A DNA stretch of 63,301 nucleotides, the filler included, from Aduncisulcus paluster (taxonomy: Eukaryota), in assembly GCA_024181965.1 (NCBI GenBank). It is 5 parts of 5 records of this genome, joined end to end, with 100 filler letters (N's around TTAATTAATTAA, not from the genome) between each part and the next. Parts side by side here need not be neighbours in the genome. Positions count along the whole stretch, not along the records: positions 19,426 to 38,098 come from BQXS01012707.1; 4 more parts are not named here. One strand, written 5' to 3'. A program made the translations under genes and the position numbers. The notes beneath the pieces were generated by a model. The model did no database searches. It saw only the letters and a program-made list of their open reading frames with translations, and had not been told where the DNA came from. This document shows, piece after piece, positions 22,278 through 33,645 of this stretch. Within the stretch, counting starts at the first letter, position 1; each line of letters opens with the position of its first letter.

Positions 22278-23270
22278 ATGGCGAAATCAATTGGAGACTC
22301 ATATTTTGAAGAAGACACATCTCCACAATCCATTGATATAGGCCCTATCAATCATTTTGATGCCTTATTGTCACATCAAGAAGAACATAATGAAAAACTC
22401 CCAGGTTTAAACCCTATTTGCTCCACAATTCACCCTCCAATAACCAGATCTCATTATGCCTATGATTCTTCTCGGGCTCAATTGTCCGAATCTATCGAAA
22501 AAGAAGATGAAAAAAGTTTTACATCTTTCCATCAGGATCAATTTGATCGTATACTGGGACATCCCCCGACTTGTACAGATAAACAAGAATACATTCTCGA
22601 AGTAAGTTCAGGATTTCAAAGTCCCGAACTTCGGGACGATATTGAATATAAGGGACCCATATCAAACCACAAAAATATAACAGATGATATTCAACTTGAA
22701 TATTCTTCGGAAGAAAAAGAAGAAGAAGAAGAAGAAGAAGAAGAAGAGAAACCCCTCCATGAGAGTCAGCTAAAAGTGGTTTATCAGCAGAGAGATGGTC
22801 GGGCTCATCCCTCTATTCATGTTAAGACTGAACATGTCCCTTCTTCGTGCAAAACAACATTAATTAGTTGTGGAGATGTAACCAATACGTGTTCTATACC
22901 ACCCGTGCATAAACCCAAGGAAGAATCGTCTGAGAGTTTTTGTAAACGTTCTGAACTCGGCATCTCGATCCGTCATTCCACTCGTCCTCTCCAAAAAACC
23001 ACCAAGATATCGCACAAATATTCTCACAGAGATCACAGTGACCATACAGACCATGGTCGTCATGTGTCTGGTTCCCTCTCTTTGCAATCAAGACCAGGTG
23101 ATGATTATGGCGATCTCTTCTTTCAATTAGATAGAAAAGGATGTTCTTTAGCCAGAATAGAACATGGAACTTCAATCCACATTGGTCCCAAGGCTACGAA
23201 ATCCACTCCTAAAGAATTTGAAAATGATTCATTTGAATATGAATATGTATACGAATATGAACATCTATAA
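22278..23270 (+). CDS. Hypothetical acidic low-complexity protein
   Basis: 330-codon ORF with a (GAA)n poly-Glu run; no recognisable domain. Confidence 0.6.
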   Translation: MAKSIGDSYFEEDTSPQSIDIGPINHFDALLSHQEEHNEKLPGLNPICSTIHPPITRSHYAYDSSRAQLSESIEKEDEKSFTSFHQDQFDRILGHPPTCTDKQEYILEVSSGFQSPELRDDIEYKGPISNHKNITDDIQLEYSSEEKEEEEEEEEEEKPLHESQLKVVYQQRDGRAHPSIHVKTEHVPSSCKTTLISCGDVTNTCSIPPVHKPKEESSESFCKRSELGISIRHSTRPLQKTTKISHKYSHRDHSDHTDHGRHVSGSLSLQSRPGDDYGDLFFQLDRKGCSLARIEHGTSIHIGPKATKSTPKEFENDSFEYEYVYEYEHL

Positions 23271-23861
23271 GATTTTCATAATCCAAATATAGAATAGAGG
23301 CTTTTCACAAGCTAACTAATAATATTTTACTCCGATAGTCACTATCATATAGTATATCGGAGCTGATCTCGATCATGGGTCATCACCGCCAGCCGCCGGC
23401 TATACTGTTCACTCAGTCTGATATCTGGATATGATTAACTAAAGAGGTTTCTTCTCGAGATAGAGTGGTCCGATACAGTATTAAACGTATAACACAGTAT
23501 AACGTAAAGCATTATTGGCATTGTATATGCTCTTCCATCGATCGCTGAAGCTGTATCGCCAACCATTGATTATGACATCCCTTGATATTCTCACAATGTG
23601 CTGCAGCTTCTTTTTTTGTTAATCAAGTTGTGAGAGCATACTTTAGCGCAATTAATGACTCATTATATTGAATTCTTTTCAACTGTGACTTGGATTCTCT
23701 CAATCATTATGTTTTTGGATAATTTCATCAATTATTGATTAAAAAAATAAATATTTATTTCAATTATTATCGAAATTTTGCCGTTGACAAAATTTGAACC
23801 TTCTTTGACGTTGCAAGACCAAACTCAGAGAAATTTTTTTGAAGTGCTTTTTTTGCTCGAA

Positions 23862-24311
23862 ATGGCTGAGAAAATGACCAAAGCTCAATTTACTCATATT
23901 GCTCTGCAAGTTTCAGACTCTACCAAGATGGCCGAATTCTTGTCTAAGTACTGTAACTTGACTGTAACAAGCAAACGTCCTGGCATGGGTGGACAAGTAT
24001 ATTGGGTCGCTAGCTGTGAAGAAAAAGGAGTAGTATTTGTAATATTACCCAGAGGTGAGGATAGAATCCCAGATTGGAGAAAAGATCTCACTCATATTGG
24101 TTTTGCTGTTGAATCCAAGGAAATGGTTGATAAAATCGCCGAAATGGCCAAAGAGGATCATATCTTAGAGTTTGGTCCTAAAATGCTCCCTCCTCCAACA
24201 AATTATATCGCTCTTGTTCGTTCTCCCGGTGGTCAGATATTCGAGTTCAGTTATGGTCAGGATTATGACGTTGATCCTGTTGAACAGGCCTCAACCATTG
24301 AAAAGAAATAA
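23862..24311 (+). CDS. Small bacterial-type VOC (glyoxalase/bleomycin-resistance) protein, 149 aa
   Basis: FTHIALQVSD, LTHIGFAVES and VRSPGGQIFEFSYGQ give the His/His/Glu VOC metal-site pattern. Confidence 0.85.
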   Translation: MAEKMTKAQFTHIALQVSDSTKMAEFLSKYCNLTVTSKRPGMGGQVYWVASCEEKGVVFVILPRGEDRIPDWRKDLTHIGFAVESKEMVDKIAEMAKEDHILEFGPKMLPPPTNYIALVRSPGGQIFEFSYGQDYDVDPVEQASTIEKK

Positions 24312-24734
24312 TAATTTATCAAATTTATACCATATATTCTATGTTTCAACATTGATTGAATTCATACCTTCTTCTTTTTCTCAATTTGGGAGATATTTCT
24401 GACGTTTTATTCTACAAAATTGGAATATATTTCTATTTTGTTTTACAATTGATATTGTCAATATATCTTTGAAATATTTCTGAATAATCTTCAAAGTTTC
24501 AAAGCTTCAAACTGAACCTTTTCCAAAACAACAAACAAAACCCTCCAATTTCCTTATATTGGCTGAAAATTGGAATATTAAGCTCAAAAAGAGTTATTTT
24601 TTATGTGTTTTTCAAGTTATTCAATTATTAAAAAAAGAATAAAAAATTCGTCAATTATTACGTTTGGCATGAACCTTTTATTTTTGAAATTCAGAAAACT
24701 AATTGATTAGAGTCTCTATTAGAGAAATAAAATA

Positions 24735-27700
24735 TCATTTCTTGGCATTATTCTTCCCCCTTTTCGCAGATTGAGTGGCGTGTTTCATGACACCCTCTGT
24801 TCCTTTCCTCAAAAAAGTGATATTCTCATCATCTTCACTCTTCTCACAGATATCTCTCCAACTCTGAGCTAAAATGGCACGACTCTGCTTGACTCTACAA
24901 GTACACACACGTTTAGCACACGATACCACTTCCACCCGTCTCTTCTTAACAGGGATGACACTCAAGAGACCCACACAAAGAGTGAAATAATCAGATAGCA
25001 TCTTTGATAATCCATCAGCAGAAATGACACACTTGACACTCTTCTTTCCAGTCTGGGCATACTCCTTTAAGAGGACACAGACACATTTGGTGACAATCTC
25101 AAGTCCACGAAGGGTAAGGAAGAGCGAGCAAGGTACAGGCTGCTCCTCTTCAGTTCCCTCCTTTTCCTCTTCCTCCTCTTCTTCCTTTCCTTTCCTCTTT
25201 CCTTTCCTCTTCTTTCTCTTCCCATCATCATTGCTGCTTGACGTAGAAGTGTCTTCTGTTTTCTTCATTCTTCTTTCAACCTCCCTGGTAAGCATTTGAA
25301 TGAGATCATTGGCAAGACCATCACAGAGCGCCATTCCATAACATAGTCCCTCACACATGGATTGTTGGATTCCACTCCCACGCACACAGAGATACTCAAG
25401 ACAAATACTCACTGCACATCGAACACATTCAATGAGGAGGAGAGGAGATGCACGGGACCACAAGGTAAGGTTATTCTTCAGCAATTGCATGGCCAAATTA
25501 CCCACGTCTCCGAGTCCTCCTTTCTTTCCTACCATGAGAGCTATTGAAGTGATCGAGGCAAGAGAGGCCAAGGATCTTGCAAGGACAGAAATATGTTCTG
25601 GCTGCTCCTTTTCTTCATTCTCCTCTTCTTCTTTTTCCTCTTTAAAGTCGACAACGATCGACACCCTTTCCTTTAGAACGAGATTAATGTATTCACGAGC
25701 AGAAATGGTAACGTGGTGTGAGAAGAGGGTCGGTTTCCGTTGAGATACAATTTGATCGATTTCTTCACTAATTTCTTCGGCTCCATCGCCCATAACTCTG
25801 GCAAGAACTTCATTGAATTTCATATTAGCAGTCTCATTATGAACTAAATATAGAATAGTATTGAGAAACTGGAGAGCTGTATGGGATTTATGAGTCACAG
25901 CGGACTGAGATAATAAAGTTAGCATGTTCATGGCACGCTTAATTCCCAAACTAGAGTTCTGTTTCATCATCTTCCTCCTTCTTTGCATCAACACAATCTC
26001 TCTGATCTTACCGTCATAGAGACGAGCAGCAGTGGCATCGCTAACACTGGATTCTTCTTGTTCTTCTTGTTCTTCTTGTTCTTCTTCCTCTCCCTCTTCC
26101 TCTTCCTCCTCTTCCTCCTCTCGTTCTTCCTTTTCCTCTTCTTCATCATTGGTTTCCTTCAACTCTTCGATAATAATGTCATCTTCCTCCTCTTCCTCCT
26201 CTTCTTGGGCATCATCAAGGAAATTCTCAAATCCACCTTCGAACTCACCCAGACAACCACACATCAGAACTCCAATACATTCCCCATTACAGATAGCTCC
26301 CCCTCTGGCGCATATCCTTTCAGAAACACACCTGAGAGAGTAAGGAGGCATAGGACAAAGAGATACACATAATGATACCAACGAATCAAATAGAGAAGAG
26401 AGAGGGAGAACAGATGCGAACATTCTGGCAACCTTATCTTCACTCACCTCAACAGATTCTTCTTGTTCTACTTTCTTTGGCCTTCCTCTCTTCCCCCTCT
26501 TCTTTGTTCCCTTCTGTTCTTCTGCTCTTCTCTCCTCCTCACGTTGCATGCATTCATTCCAGCGAGCAACACAAGTGTTACCGAGACGAACACACTCAGA
26601 GAGAACATGCCCCAGGGAAAGATCAGAGCCAGCCTCACAGACAGATACAAGTCCAAGTTCAAGAATAGAAGCAAGGAACGAAGCCACACCGTCAAGATAC
26701 CCACTGTTCCTCTCACACACCTCGTATAACTGCACTATAGAAGCATACTCATCGACAAAGAGTTGTTCTCCTTTAGACTCTTGTTCCATCATTTGTTTGA
26801 ATATACCCAGTGAAGACACAGAACCCATTCCATATGATTCAGTCCCATCGCTATCTGTACCGGAACCTTTCGTTTTTGGGTTGTAACGAACAATCCGTCC
26901 CATTGACAAGGGCTTTGTAGAAACACCATTCAAAGCAGAATGGCATTCAAGGAGAGTGTGTAGACCGGGGAACACAGAGGATCTCGTAGAGTTAGTATTG
27001 AAACGAATATCCATAAGTGCTTTCAGAGCATTGGAGAAGTGGGAAGAGAAGAAACGGCGAAGAGAATCAGAGATATCAGAGGAAATATCTGGAGAAATGA
27101 GCAAATGAATAAAAGACATGGCATCTTTCTCCTTCTTGCTCTTTCGTCCACCTTTCTTCCCCCCTAAGGGTTTAATACACCACATTGAGTTAATAAATAA
27201 CACACACAATGCATATGACAATGGGTCTGTCAAATCCAAAGAACCTTCTTCCTCCTCCTCCTCTTCTTCTTCCTCCTCTTCCTTGTCAATATCCTTCTTG
27301 ATCTTTCTACTTTCTCTCAGATCCTTCAAGGAAGCACGAACAATACCTTCGAGAATAGTCAGATACATGGAGAAATGAGCAAGCATCGTTGGAGATGGAA
27401 GGAGGGATTCAGCAACCTTTACAAGAGGATTCTCACCAACAGTCTCCTGCTTTCCAATGCAACGTTGAGCGATAATCCTCGTAACAACGAGTTTCTCTCT
27501 ATCGTTAAGTAAGGACACAAGGGAAATGATCAGACTGACACACATCTGTCCTTCAAGGGATTTCTTAGGGAAGATGAGAACAGATACAAGCTCAAGGAAA
27601 ACAGCAAGGGGCAATGATAACTGGGTTTCTTCTCCTTCCTCCTCTTCTTTGTCTTCTCTTGGCGAACACGTGGAACAGAAGACAACACAATCTGTGAGAG

Positions 27701-28853
27701 CATCGAGATAAGACTCTGATTGGGGTAAGAGAGGACATGTCTTTGAAGAAACAAGCTTAATAGCATTCATTAGCTCGTCGGGCATAAAAAGAGGCTTGAA
27801 TATATCACGGAAGAAGAGAGAATCACCCATGGATTCATGCAGAGTCCGAAGAGCAACAGAAAAGAGGGAAACAACACGTGGGATAGAGAACGGGAACAGA
27901 GATGATTGGTTGGAATCCTCAGAATCTCCAAGTTTCAATTCCTCACGTTTTAATTCCTTGTATCCGAGGGCTAGACTGATCAATCCGGATAAACCAACGT
28001 ATTTCATCGTATTACCCTTACTTGATATGATCATAGTATCAGAAATAATAGAAACGAACTGAACAATGGATTTAATAAATGATTTGAACTTCTCAGGAGA
28101 GTTGCTAGCAGAATCAATACAATCAATGCCATTCTGTACGGCAATCAAACCGATTGTATCATAGAACAAAGGATGAATGTGAGGGTGGAACACATCGGTA
28201 TCATCTGCAATCAATTGGGCAATTTTAGAAAGATCTGCTTTCAAAATCTTGCGATCTTTCCGCAGAGAGGGTAATAATGTTAAGGGAGGACCAATATTAA
28301 CTCCAGATCTGTTAGCAACCGTTCTAATGAGGAACCGAATGCTGGTAGCATTGTGTTGTTTCAATACGGCACCTTCTTTAGTCACGCCACCAAGTTCCAC
28401 AACTGACCGCGAAATAATATTGTTTGCACGAGCATCTGAACAGTCCGCCACATATAGTTCAATAACATTTGAAATAAAAGATTTTAATGGAGAAACTTTC
28501 TTGGCAATATGAAGAAGGATTTCTAAGATAACTTTCTGCAGATCAGGATGAGATTTAGCAACTCCACCCAAAACCAAGGAGAGAATTATTGAAACTTGAC
28601 CAAAAGAAGCTTCTCTAACTTCTTGGCGACGAGAAGCATGATGGTTACGGAATATAACAGTTGCTTCCTTCAGAATACGTTCAGGATGGACCAATCCATC
28701 TTTTAATAATGAAATAAGAATAACTTGAAATACTTTCCTGGTTTCTACCTTTGCTGAAGCATGACCTCGAATAATACGAGCGAGATAGGAATTTAGGGGT
28801 TGCTTTTTCAGCTTAGAGATGATATCATCGATATCAACCCCTTCTCCACTCAT
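24735..28853 (-). CDS. MYBBP1A: MYBBP1A / Pol5 (DNA polymerase phi)-like nucleolar alpha-solenoid protein
   Basis: YLARIIRGHASAKVETRKVFQVILISLL resembles the Pol5 motif RLIRGLASxRxxAR.GF; SFGQVSII; FHPHIHPLF; central acidic tract followed by ARLYDGKIREI. Confidence 0.6.
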   Translation of the reverse strand: MSGEGVDIDDIISKLKKQPLNSYLARIIRGHASAKVETRKVFQVILISLLKDGLVHPERILKEATVIFRNHHASRRQEVREASFGQVSIILSLVLGGVAKSHPDLQKVILEILLHIAKKVSPLKSFISNVIELYVADCSDARANNIISRSVVELGGVTKEGAVLKQHNATSIRFLIRTVANRSGVNIGPPLTLLPSLRKDRKILKADLSKIAQLIADDTDVFHPHIHPLFYDTIGLIAVQNGIDCIDSASNSPEKFKSFIKSIVQFVSIISDTMIISSKGNTMKYVGLSGLISLALGYKELKREELKLGDSEDSNQSSLFPFSIPRVVSLFSVALRTLHESMGDSLFFRDIFKPLFMPDELMNAIKLVSSKTCPLLPQSESYLDALTDCVVFCSTCSPREDKEEEEGEETQLSLPLAVFLELVSVLIFPKKSLEGQMCVSLIISLVSLLNDREKLVVTRIIAQRCIGKQETVGENPLVKVAESLLPSPTMLAHFSMYLTILEGIVRASLKDLRESRKIKKDIDKEEEEEEEEEEEEGSLDLTDPLSYALCVLFINSMWCIKPLGGKKGGRKSKKEKDAMSFIHLLISPDISSDISDSLRRFFSSHFSNALKALMDIRFNTNSTRSSVFPGLHTLLECHSALNGVSTKPLSMGRIVRYNPKTKGSGTDSDGTESYGMGSVSSLGIFKQMMEQESKGEQLFVDEYASIVQLYEVCERNSGYLDGVASFLASILELGLVSVCEAGSDLSLGHVLSECVRLGNTCVARWNECMQREEERRAEEQKGTKKRGKRGRPKKVEQEESVEVSEDKVARMFASVLPLSSLFDSLVSLCVSLCPMPPYSLRCVSERICARGGAICNGECIGVLMCGCLGEFEGGFENFLDDAQEEEEEEEDDIIIEELKETNDEEEEKEEREEEEEEEEEGEEEEQEEQEEQEESSVSDATAARLYDGKIREIVLMQRRRKMMKQNSSLGIKRAMNMLTLLSQSAVTHKSHTALQFLNTILYLVHNETANMKFNEVLARVMGDGAEEISEEIDQIVSQRKPTLFSHHVTISAREYINLVLKERVSIVVDFKEEKEEEENEEKEQPEHISVLARSLASLASITSIALMVGKKGGLGDVGNLAMQLLKNNLTLWSRASPLLLIECVRCAVSICLEYLCVRGSGIQQSMCEGLCYGMALCDGLANDLIQMLTREVERRMKKTEDTSTSSSNDDGKRKKRKGKRKGKEEEEEEEKEGTEEEQPVPCSLFLTLRGLEIVTKCVCVLLKEYAQTGKKSVKCVISADGLSKMLSDYFTLCVGLLSVIPVKKRRVEVVSCAKRVCTCRVKQSRAILAQSWRDICEKSEDDENITFLRKGTEGVMKHATQSAKRGKNNAKK

Positions 28854-29205
28854 AATTTTTGCGAAAATTTGCTTAATCATTATCGCAAAAAGAGCCAAAT
28901 CGATGATTGTTATCCAATTTGAATTTTAGGGTGAATATGGACCTTAAATCGAAGTATTCAGAAGAAATATTAAATTAATAGCATCTATGTATTTTATTGA
29001 TCCATTTATACTGGAATAATCAGCTTATTTCACGTGATAGAGTAAATTCATTCTAGAGGTCCATCCACTAATAATAGAGCTTTTTCAATACATTTTCCCC
29101 TTTTTAAATTTCATATATAACTCAATGATAACCTTCTTCATCAGATGCACTGAAAAATTGAATGAAGATATAAAAAGTAACGATTTATGCCATTTTCTTG
29201 ATACT

Positions 29206-32200
29206 ATGACATCACATGAAGGTATGTTTGATTAAATTATGCTCTTATATTTCATTTACATTCTTTGAATATTGAAATTTATGTCATATTTTTTGTTTTT
29301 CCCTAATGTGTCATTAGAAACCCTCTTTTTTGATGGGTTTGTATATAGAGGGGAGCTACATGATAAAAAACCTCATGGAAAAGGAATAGGAGAATGGAAC
29401 CAACCAAAAATCGTAGTTTACGAAGGGGAATGGGAAAATGGATATCCACATGGAAAAGGAACAATAGTATGGATTTTAGACAATATCACATCATCGAAGA
29501 AGGATAGTACCCCCAAAAGGAAAAAGTCAACATCTTTTGCACCACTCCCTCAAAAATTACCAGCAATTATTAGTGAAACTGATGAAGGTGCAAAATCTCT
29601 TGAATTAGAGACAAGTAAGCATCCATTATCCACTTCAAAAGAACCAACTACTCCCATATTTATAGCAAACGCCCCTTTATTAAATCTTTCATCGAACATT
29701 GCCTCTTTCCTGCCATCTGAAGATCTTCCTGTGTCTTCTGGTTCTTCTCAACTCACTTCCCAACTCTCCAGAGCTATTGAAGTCCAGCAGCAACAGGCCA
29801 ATATGTCTCAAATTCCTTTGTCGCCCCATTTCAGTGGTCTTACTCGTTATTATGGTGACATGAATCATGGAAAGCGTCATGGAGTTGGTTGTTTCCTATT
29901 CAGTGATGGATCCTCATATATTGGAACCTTTAGAAACGACTGCCGTGATGGGTGGGGCATTTTTAGAAACATTGACTCTTCCATTACACTCCAACTATAC
30001 GAAATGAACTATCTCAAGGAGGAAATAGCCCAACCTCATGTTCTTGGCTACGTCGAACCGACGTTCCGGACACGTAGTGGGGATGTCAACACACGTGTCT
30101 ATGTTTCCAATGTGCTTGAAGCTCTCCGCGGGAAGAAACCACCTTCCTTGTCATCGTTGAAAAAGACCTCCAAGGTTCCCGGAAAGGCTACAACAAAACG
30201 AACGGAGGAAAGAAGGAATAATCCTAAGCCTGGAACCGGCAAGAAACCGGCCAAAAACGAAAAAAAGGATAAAGAACCTGAAGTTGAGGAGAGATCCTTT
30301 GACGATGTTTTCATTAGGGAGGAAGATGAGGAAGATGAGGAAATAAGAGCCTCATTCATTAGATATGCACGAGTTGTAGACTTTCTCATTTCTATTTATA
30401 GTCTCAGACCTCCTTATGCTCCTCATATTTCCACAAACATTGACAGTGAACTTGGTCTCACTCGTTGGCGTCTTGGATGGCTTTTATTTGATTGTCAAGC
30501 CATCGGTGGGAGTGTTAAGCTCTCATCTATCCTGAATCATAGCCATACTAAACCATGGTGCCGTCAAAGAGGATGGCTCACCCCTGACCTCGAACAAACA
30601 TTGGTTTCCAAGATCAATTCATGGAAGATGCTTGATGAGATCCAATCTTCTTTCGATCATAACCTTTCCAACAGTTTTATTAAGTCCGATTGTCCCGATC
30701 TCTTCTCTCTTCTTACGGCAACGACTCACAAGGTACCGTGTACAGTCCTGAGGCGACGTGACATACTCCCTCCACTCCTGCGATGCGCCCTTCTCAGAGA
30801 CTCGTTGACTGTGAAATCTGGTGACTCGATGGAAAAGTTCTTCAGTGTTGTCCTCTCCAAACACGCAGAAAGGATTTGTGGGGCTATCAAGTCTCTTATT
30901 CGTCCCCAATCACGTGGCAGATCCCCCCGGAATGCTGGTTCTTCCTCTCAGGGTATTGATGACGACATAATCAGTGTGAGCATGTCAGTCATGTCCAAGA
31001 GTGCTCTCAGTGAGGGTATGATGAGCACTATTAGTGGGAGCAGCGGTATTGGTGGTCCTTCAAAGAGGAGAAGCATCAAGGATTACATTCTGAAAATGTC
31101 ACACACGAAGCTGCAGAAGGTCCTTTCAAAGACTAGTGCAAGGCCTCTCGCTAGCAGGGGTAGAATGTCTACCATGGGTTCAAGTTGTCGCAACCGAGAG
31201 TCCTCAATTGGTCGTGCTTCCTCTTCTCAGGGTCAGAGTAAGAGAGAAGCAACGCCAGACCGGGATACTCCACAATACGGTGTAGACCTTCCCTTTACAA
31301 CTGGATCAAAGTATCAAGACCAATCCTCAATGCCAATTTCCTCTCTTTTCCCCTTTTCAACCCATACTTTCTCTCAACCATCTCACGCTCTCTTTGACCT
31401 TTGTAACGAAGAAAGAGAGAGAATTGACAAGGAGAAATGGGATAAAGAGCATCCTGAACCAACCAAAACAGAATCTTCTCTTCCTTCTCTGCCTTCCCTG
31501 GTGTCCCATGGGAGTCTATTATCTCTTCACGATAGTTCAGCAGGGAAGGTATTCAAGCCCATTGTCTTTCCTAGCGTTCCCTCTGTGCATTCGCTACTCC
31601 CGCCAACCTTAAAGGCACCTCCAGCTGCCCCCGCAAGACGTGTTATCTTCCCCCCCCCAACAAATATCCACTCCAATAACCACGAAAGACTGGTGAAGTG
31701 GGTTGAGGCAGGCGTGTGCGATGGATTAGTAGCAGAACGTGTGTGGGAACGGATGTGGATTTCTATAGGAGAAAGGAAAGGAAAAGAGAGACTGCAGGGC
31801 TTGATCCTTGAACCTTGTGTTTCAAACCAAGATACCAGTCATCCTACAGAAGAGGAGATTGAAGAAAAAGAAGAGGAAGTAGAAGAAATCAGTCCCGAGG
31901 AACCTGTTGAGCTTGGCATTGAAGAAGAAGAAGAAGAAGAAGAAGGAGCTGATCATAACCTTTCAGATCAACATCAAGATACCAACGTCCATGATGCCCT
32001 TGTTCCATCCTCCACTGTGGATAATGACCCATTGACCCTTGATGATAGAGAAATCCGAGATAAGGAAGGAGGCATTAATTCATCAGGCATGGATCGTATT
32101 TCTGGTGATGTTATTCAGGATGGCGCTGAATTGTTCCCCTCGAGCGAAGTCACAAAGCCAATCGCAGCTTCTACACAACTAGCTGCCACTGATAAGGATA

Positions 32201-33027
32201 TTATTGAAGTCCACAAAGAACCAAAAATAGATACGTGTCCTTCTCAATGTTCTATTTCTGAACTCAAATCTTCTCGGGAATCTCAAAATTTCCTCGTCTC
32301 TTCGTTTATTTCTCCGTATGTTTCTTCCGTTCCTCGATCCATCCGTGGTGATTCTGTTGAGACTAGAACCATCGATGATATTCTCTCCCCTCCTTCAGTT
32401 CTGCTGGATCATCGTTTTACAAGATCTCTCGTGCAAGGATCGCTCTCTTCCTCCCCTTGTATCCTGCCCCCACCACTCTCCTTGTTCTCATGGGTCTCCG
32501 ATAATCCACTGAGTAACCAAGACTCGGTCACGATGTGTGAGGACAACGGGGTCTCTGTGTGGGATGTCCTTGTGTATCTGAGTGAGATATCCTCTCCCAA
32601 CAAGGAGATCCAAGAGGCCAGGGATTCGTTGCTTGGGTTTGAGCCAGAAAATCCAGTGGAGAAGACAATGGTGGAAACTGGGAAGAGAAGTAGATTATCT
32701 GCGTCCCATGGGGCTATTTCTTCATCTACAGAGCAACAAGATACCCCCAAACAAAGAATAGCTCGTAATTTACGTGAGATACTCAAGATGTTTGGGGATT
32801 TATTCGATATGATCGAAGATGAAGAGATTCTGGAACATTCTTTGAGCGAATTCGACCTTTCAATGCTTTTGGTTGTTATATTTAATGTGTGTAATGGACT
32901 ATGCACTGAGGGTAGAGTGTCTTCTGTTGGATTTGGAGGAGTTCGCAACGAAAAGAAGTTATTGTCTGTGCCAAATGTCGAGACAATCGAAAAACTGAGA
33001 TCTATTTTTGTGATGTTGGCAAATTAA
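29206..33027 (+). CDS. MORN-repeat protein (radial-spoke RSPH10B-like), one intron at 29222-29317
   Basis: YRGELHDKKPHGKG, YEGEWENGYPHGKG, YYGDMNHGKRHGVG, YIGTFRNDCRDGWG; GTATGT...CCCTAAT...CATTAG intron joins in-frame ATG 29206 (or 29125). Confidence 0.75.
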
Positions 33028-33645
33028 CATTCTTAATTAGTTAATAGAGGCAAGTGTGTTATAAATATAAGTAAATATTATTTTTATTGATAGTATGAAT
33101 GACAAGACAATTTTTTTTCTTTTTGTCCACAATGAAGCGTATTAGAACATACTTTATTTGATAAAAAATATCTTATTTGTATTACATCCTTCTATCATCG
33201 ATCATTTTGTGATAATATGATGAGATTGACTGGAGATTTTTATGTTTTTTTTCAGGAACCCTTATATTTCAGAAAAATTACATTTCATGACATTAAAATA
33301 GTATTTTAGTGAAATTTGCTTTTTATAACCTTTTATTATCGCTATTGATTGTCGCAGGGGAAATGAACAATTTTATTCTGCTGTTTCTCGATCCTTTTTT
33401 GACATAGATGACAAAAAAACTTTATATGCTATCAAAATTAATAAATTTTCAGTTTTATAAATCGCCCCAAGGTCTTATTCCCATGATATTAATGATTGTT
33501 TACAATCGTGAGAAATAAATTGATAAAAAAGACAATATGAATATAAAATAAAGAAAATGTTGCCCATTAATTTTTTTCATGAGAAAGAAGTATATATATT
33601 GGTTTCTGTTTTTAGATTGATGAGATCTTGCTTCAGCTGGATTAT

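Noticed and set aside
33557..33645. Possible 26-nt intron (33590-33615) extending Ded1 N-terminally
   Set aside because: Donor GTATAT departs from the GTATGT consensus, the length is far below the other introns, and ATG 33646 already gives a typical YIPPH start
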